Below, piece by piece: positions 43,249-53,600 of a stretch of 64,000 bases of DNA. The stretch covers positions 160-64,159 of the forward strand of contig JAQULF010000003.1 in the NCBI GenBank assembly GCA_028718745.1, in the 5' to 3' direction. The notes beneath the pieces were generated by a model. It worked only from the letters and a program-made list of their open reading frames with translations, was not told where the DNA came from and searched no databases. The stretch's first letter is position 1. Each line of letters opens with the position of its first letter. The position numbers and the translations under genes are program-made. Source of the stretch: Patescibacteria group bacterium (GTDB lineage Bacteria > Patescibacteriota > JACPGU01).

Positions 43249-44124
43249 TTACCCTCTTTCTGCAATACGCATCTTCGCGCTCCTACTCATCGGATTGGTA
43301 ACCTCTTCAGCTCTTCCCGCTATAATCACTTTTTTGTTTATAATTTTTAATAATCCTTGTCTCGCGCTTTCTCTCAAAAAGTTTTTTACAATCCTATCTT
43401 CTCCGGAATGAAATGATATGACTACTAATCTTCCGCCTTTTTCTAAAATCTTTAAACTGTTTGTTAATGCTTTCTTTAAATTTTCCAGCTCATTATTTAC
43501 TTCTATTCGCAAAGCCATGAAGGTTAAAGTTGCCGGATGGATTTTGCCTCTTTGAAACTTTACTGATTTAACTATGTCGGCAAGCTCCATAGTGGTCTCT
43601 ATTCTTTTTTTCCTGCGCGCTTCCGTAATTGCCTTAGCGATTACCCGGGCAAATCTCTCATCTACGGTTTTAAGTATTTTCTCAAGCTCTTCTCTGGTAT
43701 ATGAATTGACCACTTTCTCTGCCGTCAAACTACCGTTTAAGTCTAACCGCATATCCAATTTCTCATTTTTTAAAAAGGAAAAACCTCTCCCACTTTCCTT
43801 TATTTGAAATAAATTCGTCCCCAAGTCGAATACAATTCCAGCGACTTGGTCCAACTTAAATGAAAGAGCGATGCGATCAACATCGACGAAATTACCGTTA
43901 TATAAAGATAGGTTTTTATAAGATTTAAATGTATTCTTTGCGTGATCATATATCCCCTTGTCTACTTCTATGCCAATTATCTGACCCTTGAAGTTTTTTT
44001 TATTTAATATCTCTTTCGTATGCCCCCCGAAACCAAATGTGGCATCTATGTAGGTACCGCCTTCTTTTACATTCAATGCGTCAACGGCTTCCTGAAGCAA
44101 TACGGTTTTATGAAGTGCTTCCAT
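43249..44124 (-). CDS. rsmH: 16S rRNA (cytosine1402-N4)-methyltransferase RsmH (MraW)
   Basis: YIDATFGFGGHTKEIL SAM-binding motif, SFHSGEDRIVK; dcw synteny after mraZ. Confidence 0.9.
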   Translation of the reverse strand: MEALHKTVLLQEAVDALNVKEGGTYIDATFGFGGHTKEILNKKNFKGQIIGIEVDKGIYDHAKNTFKSYKNLSLYNGNFVDVDRIALSFKLDQVAGIVFDLGTNLFQIKESGRGFSFLKNEKLDMRLDLNGSLTAEKVVNSYTREELEKILKTVDERFARVIAKAITEARRKKRIETTMELADIVKSVKFQRGKIHPATLTFMALRIEVNNELENLKKALTNSLKILEKGGRLVVISFHSGEDRIVKNFLRESARQGLLKIINKKVIIAGRAEEVTNPMSRSAKMRIAERG

Positions 44125-44163
44125 TAGTTTTATTTATATGTTAAGTGAAACTGGAATAATCTT

Positions 44164-44318
44164 GGTCTGAAGTCATTTTTTGTTTTTATCTAAATTTTAG
44201 GATGGAGGTGCTCTCTCGAACATAAATGCTCAAAAGAGAAATTTTGTTTTTGTTTTAAAGGGTTTATCCCGCCAAAGGCGGGATTTTCCCGCCGAAGCGA
44301 GGTTTATGACTTCAGACC
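44164..44318. repeat. 155-bp segment bounded by perfect 13-bp inverted repeats (GGTCTGAAGTCAT / ATGACTTCAGACC) containing GGCGGG/CCCGCC/GGCGGG alternative-pairing hairpins, in the mraZ-rsmH spacer
   Basis: 13-bp IRs at 44164-44176 and 44306-44318; internal cccgccaaaggcgggattttcccgcc allows mutually exclusive 6-bp stems. Confidence 0.4.
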
Positions 44319-44368
44319 TTTTAAACAAACCTTGAAACCCTCCTAAAAGGTTTAACTAAATTATTAAA

Positions 44369-44800
44369 CTATACGCCGAATTCTCTTAGCTTATCTGCAA
44401 TATCTGAAGAATTTTTCTCTATATTGGCTTCATATTTCTTCCAGTCGGATTCGTTCCAGATTTCAATCCGGTTATAAAGTCCTGCCGCAACGATATTCTT
44501 TTTTAATGAAGCAAAATCCCTTAGATATTGAGGTAATACGATTCTCCCCGCTTTATCGGGAGTTATTTCCATGGCTCCGGCTAACATGATACGGCCATAA
44601 TCTCGCGCTGATTTGTCGGTAGTTGGCATACTGCTGATTCTTTCAGCAATCGTTTCCCACTCTTTTTTAGGGTACATGAATAAGCAATTTTCCAATCCTT
44701 TTGTAACCACAACTCCATCTGCAAGCTGGGCTCGGTATTTTGGCGGGGTGATTATTCTTCCCTTTTCATCAATTGTGTATGAATACTCTCCTATGAACAT
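44369..44800 (-). CDS. mraZ: Transcriptional regulator MraZ
   Basis: Duplicated SpoVT/AbrB-like halves with DEKGR and DKAGR (DXXXR) motifs; first gene of dcw cluster. Confidence 0.85.
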   Translation of the reverse strand: MFIGEYSYTIDEKGRIITPPKYRAQLADGVVVTKGLENCLFMYPKKEWETIAERISSMPTTDKSARDYGRIMLAGAMEITPDKAGRIVLPQYLRDFASLKKNIVAAGLYNRIEIWNESDWKKYEANIEKNSSDIADKLREFGV

Positions 44801-44869
44801 GCTTTTCTGGTTATTAACCCTCCTATTTGTAATAATTCTTCCTAAATTCGTAGCGATTTGTGTTTATTA

Positions 44870-44910
44870 GTTATCCACTTTTCCCCACTCTTATCCACAA
44901 TTCCCCACTC
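44870..44910 (-). promoter_or_regulatory. Candidate MraZ operator: four GTGG(G/A) repeats at 10-bp periodicity upstream of mraZ
   Basis: Minus strand GTGGGGAATT GTGGATAAGA GTGGGGAAAA GTGGATAA; matches the known MraZ-box architecture (direct GTGGG repeats spaced one helical turn apart). Confidence 0.5.
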
Positions 44911-45063
44911 GATGGATATATTCTAATCCTTTTTTAACGATTTTGCAAGCATAATCAAGCATAAAAAAAATGACTATTTCTAGTCATTTTTTGTTTTTAG
45001 CAGTCAATTTGTGGATAATTTAATGAGAATAATTATCAAAATGCCCATTCCCCACTTCTCCCC

Positions 45064-45561
45064 CTAAACCTTCTTCCTTCTCATCAAAACAAATACTTCA
45101 ATAACAATAAAAATCATAAATGCGCCCAGTATTCCGGCGATAATAAATAGATATGTCATAATGTTGCTGCCGGCGCTCGTCACATTAAAACTAGCCGCGA
45201 CATCTTGATTGAGATCTTTATAATCGCTGATTGTCGCGTAAAGCTTATATAATCCGGGTTTGGTGACTTCGGGAATCGCAATGGAATCCATAAAAGAAGC
45301 TTGAGTTTCAATCGCTTTTAGAACTTTTGAATAGGCTATTTCCGTACCGGCAGAATCTTTCACGGAATATTCTATCTTTAAATCTTGCCTGGTCGTATTT
45401 TCCGGCCATTTAATATCTGTTTCAAAATAAACCGGCGTGCCGGCTTTAACTGTAGAATATTGCGCCGGTATGCTAATAGTTGCGGCCATAGCCGACGCAA
45501 AACCCGGCAGTAACAATGCCGCCAGAAACAAAAGTGTAAATAGTATTGTTTTGAATTTCAT
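45064..45561 (-). CDS. Small secreted surface protein with C-terminal TM anchor and RRKK tail
   Basis: Signal peptide MKFKTILFTLLFLAALLLPGFASA; C-terminal hydrophobic helix + MRRKKV. Confidence 0.4.
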   Translation of the reverse strand: MKFKTILFTLLFLAALLLPGFASAMAATISIPAQYSTVKAGTPVYFETDIKWPENTTRQDLKIEYSVKDSAGTEIAYSKVLKAIETQASFMDSIAIPEVTKPGLYKLYATISDYKDLNQDVAASFNVTSAGSNIMTYLFIIAGILGAFMIFIVIEVFVLMRRKKV

Positions 45562-45562
45562 A

Positions 45563-46627
45563 TTATTTGATTTCTGAAAACATCCCCTGGCTATAAACTT
45601 TACCCCCTATTTTAACGGGTGAAGCATGTATTTTTACGGGAATTCTCTTTTTGTTTTTTGTTAAAACTTGTGTAACAATAAATTTAATTTTTCCTTCTGC
45701 TTGCTTTTGAAACCCCTCCATTGTTTTCTTTAATTTATCTTTTGGATGGAGATCGTCCGCTCGCATAGAAAGAAGTTTAGCTCGAGAATAACCCATAAGT
45801 TTTTCAGCCGCTTTATTGCAATCTACCAGCCGTCTCGTATCAGCATCCGCAATAAAAATAGCTTCCGTAGCATTTTCAAATAATGTACGATACTTCTGCT
45901 CCATATTATCTCTTATTCTCAATTCTTTTTCTTTTTTAAAAATTCCTTTTTCTTTTTCTAAAAAAAAGAAATACATTATTAATAAAACTATAATCGATAA
46001 AATAATTAATATAATCGGAATAATAAGATTGAAATAAATTACCTGTTGAGACCGTTGAATAATGTTCTTTTCAACACTAAGGGTCATTTCTTTTTCAATA
46101 TCCCCCCAAGCCATGCAGTCTTGATAAAGTTCATTTTTATATTGGTGATAGCTTCCCGCAACTATCAGAGAGTAGGCCGTATTAATATCTTTTTTATCCA
46201 TCGAATCAAACGCCCTCGCCTCTAAGTCAAATAATAAGAGATTAATCCTGTCTAAGTCCTTCAAAAGATCGTCAACTTTGTCTTTTACTTCTTGCGATCT
46301 TTGGCTTTGATTTAAAAGAATTCTTGCATCTCTTGTGAGAAGATTATCCAGCTTAATCCTTGTAGCATCATATTTGGCTTTATGGTCCTGTAATCCCTTA
46401 ACATCCTCTTTTTGCGCATGAAGTAATGCCGAATGAGCTTGATCTGTTAATATAGAATCATAGTTAACCACTTGTTCTACCATCAAGCTTAACGGTGCTT
46501 CAATATCTTTTATCTGCCGAGTATTATCAAGGGTATTGCCTAGCATCTTATAGGTAACGCCCATTTGAACCATACCCAAAATAATAATCGCCAAAAAACC
46601 AAATAAAATTTTTGTACTTGTCTTCAA
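45563..46627 (-). CDS. Membrane protein with C-terminal PAS domain (no output domain)
   Basis: N-terminal TM, second TM, C-terminal PAS fold (QKYRTLFENATEAIFIADADTRRLVDCNKAAEKLMGYSRAKLL...). Confidence 0.5.
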   Translation of the reverse strand: MKTSTKILFGFLAIIILGMVQMGVTYKMLGNTLDNTRQIKDIEAPLSLMVEQVVNYDSILTDQAHSALLHAQKEDVKGLQDHKAKYDATRIKLDNLLTRDARILLNQSQRSQEVKDKVDDLLKDLDRINLLLFDLEARAFDSMDKKDINTAYSLIVAGSYHQYKNELYQDCMAWGDIEKEMTLSVEKNIIQRSQQVIYFNLIIPIILIILSIIVLLIMYFFFLEKEKGIFKKEKELRIRDNMEQKYRTLFENATEAIFIADADTRRLVDCNKAAEKLMGYSRAKLLSMRADDLHPKDKLKKTMEGFQKQAEGKIKFIVTQVLTKNKKRIPVKIHASPVKIGGKVYSQGMFSEIK

Positions 46628-46775
46628 AATCGCCTCCTTCTAAATATAAATAATAGTTGGTTCCAAGCTCCTGCTTGGAACCTTAATGTACATCTGGAAG
46701 TTTTAAAATTATTTTTTGAATACATTATTGTACATTCATGGTTCAACGCGGGAGCATTGAACCAACACTATGTTT

Positions 46776-47690
46776 TTATTTTTTACTGAATATATTAAAA
46801 ATAGAATCCAACATTGAAACCCCCAAAATCTCATCTGCGTTCTCTTCAGCTATCACGCATCCCATAATAGCGGGTGCATAGGCATGCGCCCCAAAAACTT
46901 TATTACCCATATAATTTAGATATTCGGGCACCTCTTCCACATGTTCTTCCACAAAACCATTCTTACCATATAGCTTCAAATGATCCAGACATTCCTTGGC
47001 TGCTTCGCTTTTTATTTCTTGAATTAATACGCCCTTTTTATTATCTTGACCGATAAATTCCGAGCGACTAAGCAGCAACCCCTTTTCATCAATAAGATAA
47101 ACTTCGTTGGTCGGGCTTTCTATGGTTTCTTGCATGATACTGCTTATTTTATCCAATTCTATATCAAAAGCAATTCTTCCAATTATCTTAGTTGTGTCCG
47201 CGCTATCATAAATCGGACCGATGATAGCATAATAATCATTTTTTCTTAGAGGATCATAATATTGCGTAAATGTGGTGTCTTCTCTTTTTGCTACAAAATA
47301 AGGATGCTGACCATAATCTGTATTGGGGAGATCTATGTCTCCAACAATCACGATCCCCTCTTTAGTTAGAACACTTATCCCCGAAATTGTACTTTTGAGA
47401 TCATTTATCGTTTTTTTCGCAGCTTCTATTTTGGAAGTATCATTGGGATTTAGAGCCACCTCTTTAAAAACAATCATTGAGCTTAGATTTAATAGCCTTT
47501 CTTTTTGAAATTCAAGAAACATATTGATCTGCGCGGCTTTTTCATTTGCCAGCATCTGCAGATTTTGTTTATGAGTATCAATAAGCATCTGCTTTTGAAT
47601 ACGAGCCATATTAATACTAAACCCCGTAAGCGCAATAAAAACAACACAAAGACATAATACTATCCAATTTTTTTTAAAAAAAGCATTCAT
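46776..47690 (-). CDS. Membrane-anchored extracytoplasmic sensor-domain protein (Cache-like), hypothetical
   Basis: N-terminal TM followed by ~270-aa extracytoplasmic domain with Cache-like alternation; no output domain. Confidence 0.35.
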   Translation of the reverse strand: MNAFFKKNWIVLCLCVVFIALTGFSINMARIQKQMLIDTHKQNLQMLANEKAAQINMFLEFQKERLLNLSSMIVFKEVALNPNDTSKIEAAKKTINDLKSTISGISVLTKEGIVIVGDIDLPNTDYGQHPYFVAKREDTTFTQYYDPLRKNDYYAIIGPIYDSADTTKIIGRIAFDIELDKISSIMQETIESPTNEVYLIDEKGLLLSRSEFIGQDNKKGVLIQEIKSEAAKECLDHLKLYGKNGFVEEHVEEVPEYLNYMGNKVFGAHAYAPAIMGCVIAEENADEILGVSMLDSIFNIFSKK

Positions 47691-47737
47691 GATAATATCT
47701 TATTCCAAATACCTAATTCTAAAATAATTTAGAAATT

Positions 47738-48790
47738 TTATTTTTTCTTTCGTCTGATAATAAAATAGATAACAATCCCAATAGTAATAAGAACTACCCC
47801 CCCACCGATCAAAGCGATAGTAATGAGCTTTATACCGTAAATGGAAGACATTTTTACCTCAAATACTTGTTTGAAAATGTCATTTACATTGGCGCCATAC
47901 TTGGTCGCTACAATCAAAGTATATTTTCCGTTTTTTAAATTCAGGTTTGAAAAATCTTTAGTTACTACTTTCTCTGTCTCTACTACAACATTCCCTTTTT
48001 CATTATAGACTTCGTTGTTTTTAGAATCTAGTATCCTGTAACTTAATTCAACAGGAGTGGTCACGGTACCAAAATTTTCAAAAATCAACTGCGCCACCAA
48101 ATCGCTGGATTTGTTCAAGATAGCGTCATTGATATTTAATTTAATATCAAATAATTGCGCCGGAAGGATAATCGGTACTGCAACCGGAATTTCTGGCACC
48201 GGAACAGAAGCCGGAGCCGGCGTGGGAGTAACCACAGGAACAGGCACCGGATTGATTATGGGAGCGGAGACAGGGATAATAGCCGGAGCCAGATCTTGAG
48301 TTATGTTTATTATGGCTGGTGAACCAATAATAGCCGTATTGCTGCTCAACCCATCTAATGAAAAAGATTCGGCATCTATAAAAATAGATGTGACGCCGGT
48401 TTTTTTGGCAAGAAATGTTGCTGTCCCAAAATTGGTAACAGAATCAAATCCTCCCGGAAAACCTGCTGTACGAACCAGTACACCGGTATTATTATTTAGC
48501 TCTTCATAGCCGGGCTCATTGATTGAAATCCAAGTGTCGGCATAATTCCATCTTTGAACGCTAACCAATTCCGGTAAAAATTTGATTGAAAATCGCACCG
48601 TATAATTTTTGCCAGCCGTTGGTATAGCCTTTGTAGTAAGCGTAAATTGCTCCCCCGCTTTTACATTAACCACAACCGGGTTAATTTGTAAGGTTGTACT
48701 AGCGGCAGCGTTAACAGAAGCTGCATGTAAAAAAAGTGAACAGATGAAAATTGAAATTATTAGACTGGAAAAAAATTTTATTATTCGCAT
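47738..48790 (-). CDS. Secreted surface protein with Pro/Val-rich linker and C-terminal TM + RRKKK anchor
   Basis: Signal peptide, PVPVPVVTPTPAPASVPVPEIPVAVP linker, C-terminal hydrophobic helix + basic tail. Confidence 0.4.
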   Translation of the reverse strand: MRIIKFFSSLIISIFICSLFLHAASVNAAASTTLQINPVVVNVKAGEQFTLTTKAIPTAGKNYTVRFSIKFLPELVSVQRWNYADTWISINEPGYEELNNNTGVLVRTAGFPGGFDSVTNFGTATFLAKKTGVTSIFIDAESFSLDGLSSNTAIIGSPAIINITQDLAPAIIPVSAPIINPVPVPVVTPTPAPASVPVPEIPVAVPIILPAQLFDIKLNINDAILNKSSDLVAQLIFENFGTVTTPVELSYRILDSKNNEVYNEKGNVVVETEKVVTKDFSNLNLKNGKYTLIVATKYGANVNDIFKQVFEVKMSSIYGIKLITIALIGGGVVLITIGIVIYFIIRRKKK

Positions 48791-48800
48791 AGTTTTGTTT

Positions 48801-50483
48801 TTATGCTGCGGGTTCTATTTTACCCCAATTAACCATTAGTAAATTGAAATCAAAAATGTCTACTGATCCATCTCGATTAATATCGGCTGGATTGTCTGCC
48901 CCTATCTTGCCCCAATTCAATAGCAGGGCGTCCAAGTCCAAACTATCAATCTTTCCATCGCGAACGATGTCTGATCCATTCACCACATTCAAAAACCAAT
49001 TCGATTCTGCTTTGGGCTGGGTTGCTAGAGCGATCACCGCCGTAACTGTATAATTTTGGGTAGTTCCATCTGCGGCGGTAACAGTAAAAATTTGTGAAAT
49101 CGTAAAATTGCTGGATATAGCACTGGCCGGACTAACCAAAACACCCGTAAAAGTAATCGTCGGCACAAGCTCGGTAATGGCTTTGGCGGTGGTACCAAAA
49201 GGCATAGTTACAACAATTGTATGAATAGCTTCGTTGATTACTGTTTCGCCTAATTGTCCCGGAACGCTGAAACCGGTAATTGCCTTAGTCGAGCTTGCCG
49301 CCGGAGAATAGCTTCCCCCGCTAGAAGGCGATGCCGTAGGGTGGATAACCACGGTAACGGCATAATCTTGAGTTGTTTCGTCAACAGCGTTAACAGTATA
49401 AATTTGCGAAACTGTAAAATCAGTAACTGCCACACTGGCCGGATTAACCAAAGTACCGGTAAAAGTAATCGTTGGCACGAGTTCGGTAATAGCATGAGCC
49501 GTAGTGCCGGAAGGCATAGTAACAACAATCGTATGTGCATCCTCATTGATAATGGTTTCACCTAATTGGCTGGGAATAGCAAAAGCGGTGATCGCTTTAA
49601 GATCGCTTAAAACCGTCATCCCCGCATCAATATAATAAGGAGTAAAACTAACATTACCGGAAACACCTGTCTGAATATTTGTTTTAACAGCCGTCCCCCA
49701 CCAGTTCCTTGTAACATCCAGCATAGTGCTGCTTTGATTTGTTACCCCACCCGTGGCTAGACTTATATTTCCGATAAAATAATTACGATTAATCAATGGC
49801 GTAGTTCCCAGAATGTCTCCCGCAACTTTGATCGCAGCACTATTCGGAGATATTCCTAATGCATTAACCATAAATTGGTTAAGTCGGACAATCACCCCGC
49901 TATAATTGCTACCGGCTTCAAATAAAATTCCATTGCCCAAAGAAGCAAAAATATTATTTTGGATTAAACCACTGGGAACTGATGACAAAGATACTCCAGT
50001 GATGTGATTGGTAAGCTTGCAATTATCTAATGAGAGATAACCGACATTCTGCGCATTAATTGCCGTATTATTAGCATCCGCATCTATCGTTGAGTGAGGT
50101 GTTTGGTCAATGGTGAAACCATCAATTATAATTGAAGGAGCGATGGCATCTATTGTAGATAAAGACCCATCCGGAAGGCCTCTAATAATAGTGGAAGCGT
50201 AACCCGCCCCTTGAAGAGTTAAAGATTTATTTATCTGCAAATCTCCATCATATGTTCCTGCCGATACGCTAATCACATCACCACTACTAGCGGCATCAAT
50301 GGCTTCCTGAATAGTTAAATAATCATCCGGCACATTGATTGTCCCCGCTCTAGCGGGGTTTTTTGAGGCATTAAAAACAACAAAAATACTGGCTAGAACC
50401 ACGAATATAAATGCAAAAACCCATAAAAAAATCTTTGGTTTTCCCGAATATTTAGAATAAATGTCTAAAAAAAACTTTTTCAT
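48801..50483 (-). CDS. Secreted protein: parallel beta-helix (pectate-lyase/NosD-like) + two ~90-aa internal repeats + C-terminal dockerin
   Basis: Signal/TM N-terminus; beta-helix repeats (NNIFASLGNGILFEAGSNYSGVIV...); duplicated AITGF(S/A)VPGQLGET(V/I)INE...TITFTG module; dockerin DGKIDSLDLDALLLNWGK...DINRDGSVDIFDFNLLMVNWGK. Confidence 0.55.
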   Translation of the reverse strand: MKKFFLDIYSKYSGKPKIFLWVFAFIFVVLASIFVVFNASKNPARAGTINVPDDYLTIQEAIDAASSGDVISVSAGTYDGDLQINKSLTLQGAGYASTIIRGLPDGSLSTIDAIAPSIIIDGFTIDQTPHSTIDADANNTAINAQNVGYLSLDNCKLTNHITGVSLSSVPSGLIQNNIFASLGNGILFEAGSNYSGVIVRLNQFMVNALGISPNSAAIKVAGDILGTTPLINRNYFIGNISLATGGVTNQSSTMLDVTRNWWGTAVKTNIQTGVSGNVSFTPYYIDAGMTVLSDLKAITAFAIPSQLGETIINEDAHTIVVTMPSGTTAHAITELVPTITFTGTLVNPASVAVTDFTVSQIYTVNAVDETTQDYAVTVVIHPTASPSSGGSYSPAASSTKAITGFSVPGQLGETVINEAIHTIVVTMPFGTTAKAITELVPTITFTGVLVSPASAISSNFTISQIFTVTAADGTTQNYTVTAVIALATQPKAESNWFLNVVNGSDIVRDGKIDSLDLDALLLNWGKIGADNPADINRDGSVDIFDFNLLMVNWGKIEPAA

Positions 50484-50600
50484 TTTTGTTAATCCGTCTT
50501 ATCTGCTCATCTTGAGCGAAAGACAGACCCCCTCCTTCTTATCCACAAGTTTTACATCTATATTTTACAACTTAATAATTAAATTGTAAATGCAAGCAAA

Positions 50601-53600
50601 TTATTTTACGGTTATATCCCAATATAATCCTACATCTTTTAACCAAGTTAATCCTTCAACCACCGGTCGGAAATATTCTCTGATTGTGCCGCTGACATTT
50701 GGCGCTTTAATGGTGAAATTAAATTTGGCGGTTTCCCCGGGATTGACAGTTTCCTTATCAATTTTGGTAGGGCGATTATTTGACAGCCAATCGGTATTTT
50801 TAATAATTGAGTCTCTATCCAATGGATTGCTGGTTCCCAAATGTACCGGATTTGCACCGTTTTGATTCCAGACAGCCGTTCCGGTATTTTTATATTCAAC
50901 CCATAAATTAGCCGTTCCATTTTTATCTAAGGTAATGAATGGGCTTTGAGAGATATATTCAGTGTTATAAAAAGTTGAAACAGATCCTTTTTCTACGGTA
51001 ATATCCCAATAAATACCAATATCCTTCATCCAGGTTATTCCTTCTACGACCGGGGTAAAGTATTCTCTGAATTTGCCGGTTTTATCATTAAATCCGGTAA
51101 TGTTAACATTGAAAGTGCCTATTTCTCCGGGCCGGACAATGTCTTGGCTTAATTTTGCCGCTCTATTTACACTAATCCAAGATGAATTAGAGAAGGAACT
51201 TGGGCGATCAAAACCATTGGAAGTCCCAAGTCTTACCGGATTTGGTCCGTCTTTGTACCAAGTAGCCGAACCGGTATTTTTGATAGTTAGAATTAAACTG
51301 GTGTTTTCTCCGCTTTTGATTATAGGATAATTGCTTTGAGTAATAAATCCATAAGAGTAATTTCCCGGATTGGAATCTATGGAATAATTAAACCCGCCCG
51401 TATTATTGCCGGTATTATTATTGCCCGCAGTGGGAGTCCGATAAACAAGAGCATATTTATTGCCAATGGTCTTCGTACTTAAAATAATTTTATTAATAGA
51501 AGTATCATTGCTAAATCCGGCAGCCAGCAACCAAGCATTTTGCGCGGCGTCAAATTGATATAGAGAGATATCACTTTTGGCTACTCCGCTTGGAAGCGAG
51601 CTGGAATTGTAAGTGAATGATAACGAAACCGGTTGGCTAAATGCGGTAACATTAACACCATTAACAGTTGCTAAAACATTGTAAAGCTTATTGCCTAAAG
51701 TAGTGTAGCCGTCAATCGGACCACTAGCAACATCAGAAGTGGTTATCGTAATAGAAGTATTAGATGAAACCGCGCCGGATGGAACATTGATATTTAAAGA
51801 GCTTCCATCGGAATTTGTAAGAGTGGTCGCTCCGCCCAGACTAGCCGTAACCGTAACTTGACCATTGGTTGTATTTGGAATAACTGGGTTCGGATTGCCT
51901 CCACCGCCGCCTCCGCCGCCTCCGCCGCTACTATCATTATCCGTAATATGAGCGGTAACGCTAGCAATCGCAAAGCCATTGTAATTTAGATCGGCGCCGA
52001 CAACCGCGTGAGAAATAGTTCCCGTATGATTGCCTTGTACAATCGCGTCATCAACCGCTGTTACAGTAACTGTTTGAGGCGTATTCCAATTGGCGCTGGT
52101 AAAAGTTAAAACCGTTGGATTAACTGTTATTTCGGCATCGGGTGTTTCAGTAATAACCACATTGGCGGATGGCTGGGTATCCAAAACCAAAGTGTAACTG
52201 TCAGTCGTTCCGCTTTCAGAAACATTGGTAATGCCGCCGGATTCAAAAAGAGTAATGCCGGCAACATCATTATCAGCAATATTGGCGGTAACTGGAATTA
52301 CATCCAAACCGTTGTACGCAGCATCCAAGCTGACCGTGCTAAAAGTAAGACTGTCGTTATGCGCTCCTTCTACAACATTATCATTAACCGCGTTAACATT
52401 TATTGTTTGAGGTGTAGTGTAATTAGCCGGCGTGAAAACCAATGAATTATTATCTATGGAAATTTCAGTGCCGGTTATCGCGATATTAACAAGAACATTA
52501 TTGGTTGGAACCGGACCGGATAAAGAAATATCCAGAGTATCCCCCGCTCCGCCTTCGATAACATTAACGGTTTGAGTGGATAAAACTACTGTCGCGCCAT
52601 CATTGTCAATGATATTTGCGGTAACATTTGCCACCGCGATGCCATTAAATATCGGATCAGCGCTGGTGGCCGCGTGTGTAATTAGACTCGTATGAGTGCC
52701 TTCCACTATGGCATCATCCACCGCAGAAACCGTGAAGGTTTGAGGCGTATTCCAGTTATAGGGCGTGAAAACAATGTTAGCCGGGACAACATTGATTTGA
52801 GCGGCATCAAAACTTGGCGTGATCGTAACATTGCTAACCGGCTGATCGCCCAAAACTATGGTATATGTATCGGTAACTCCGGCTTCAGAAACCCATGTAG
52901 ATCCACCGCTTTGAGTTACGGTGGTAGTAATCGGAACAACATCATCGCCATTATCTGAAATAGTCGCGGTTATTTGCGCGGTGAGACCATCAAAAGCTAA
53001 ATCGGCGCTACTAGCGGTGTGATCCACAAACCCCGTCTGACCCGCGCTTTCATTGAAGGTATCATTAACCGCGCTGATATAAATGAATCTTGGAATATCC
53101 CAGGTTGCCGGAGTAAAGGTAACGCTGCTGGATGAAACGGTTAGATCATTATTTGGCGCGAGAGCGATAGTAACATTACTGGTTGGAATATCATTAAGAA
53201 CCACAGTGTACATATTGTCCGGAACGAACAAAGTTGCGAATCCATCAAAGGACCCGGCCGAAGTTTTATTATCATCTGGCGCGCTCGTAGGATCATTAAA
53301 ATCTGAAACCCCTGCAAAATACCCACCGGCAAAAATCTTTCCGGAATTATTAACAGCGATAGAATAGTAGTCACTATCGCCCGAATTGCCGCCAGCAGTT
53401 TTAGTAAATCCATAAGTTCCATTTGCATTTATTTTTGTTAAAAAGGCATGATAATTAACCGTATCATAACCGGCAATCACTTTAAAATCAACTCCGGCAG
53501 TAGGGTCAAAGTCAATCCCTTCCGCGCCATTGGAAGCGGTACCGGAAATATAAACATTATCAGATGAATCAACAGCTATTGCATTAGCTTCAACATCTCT

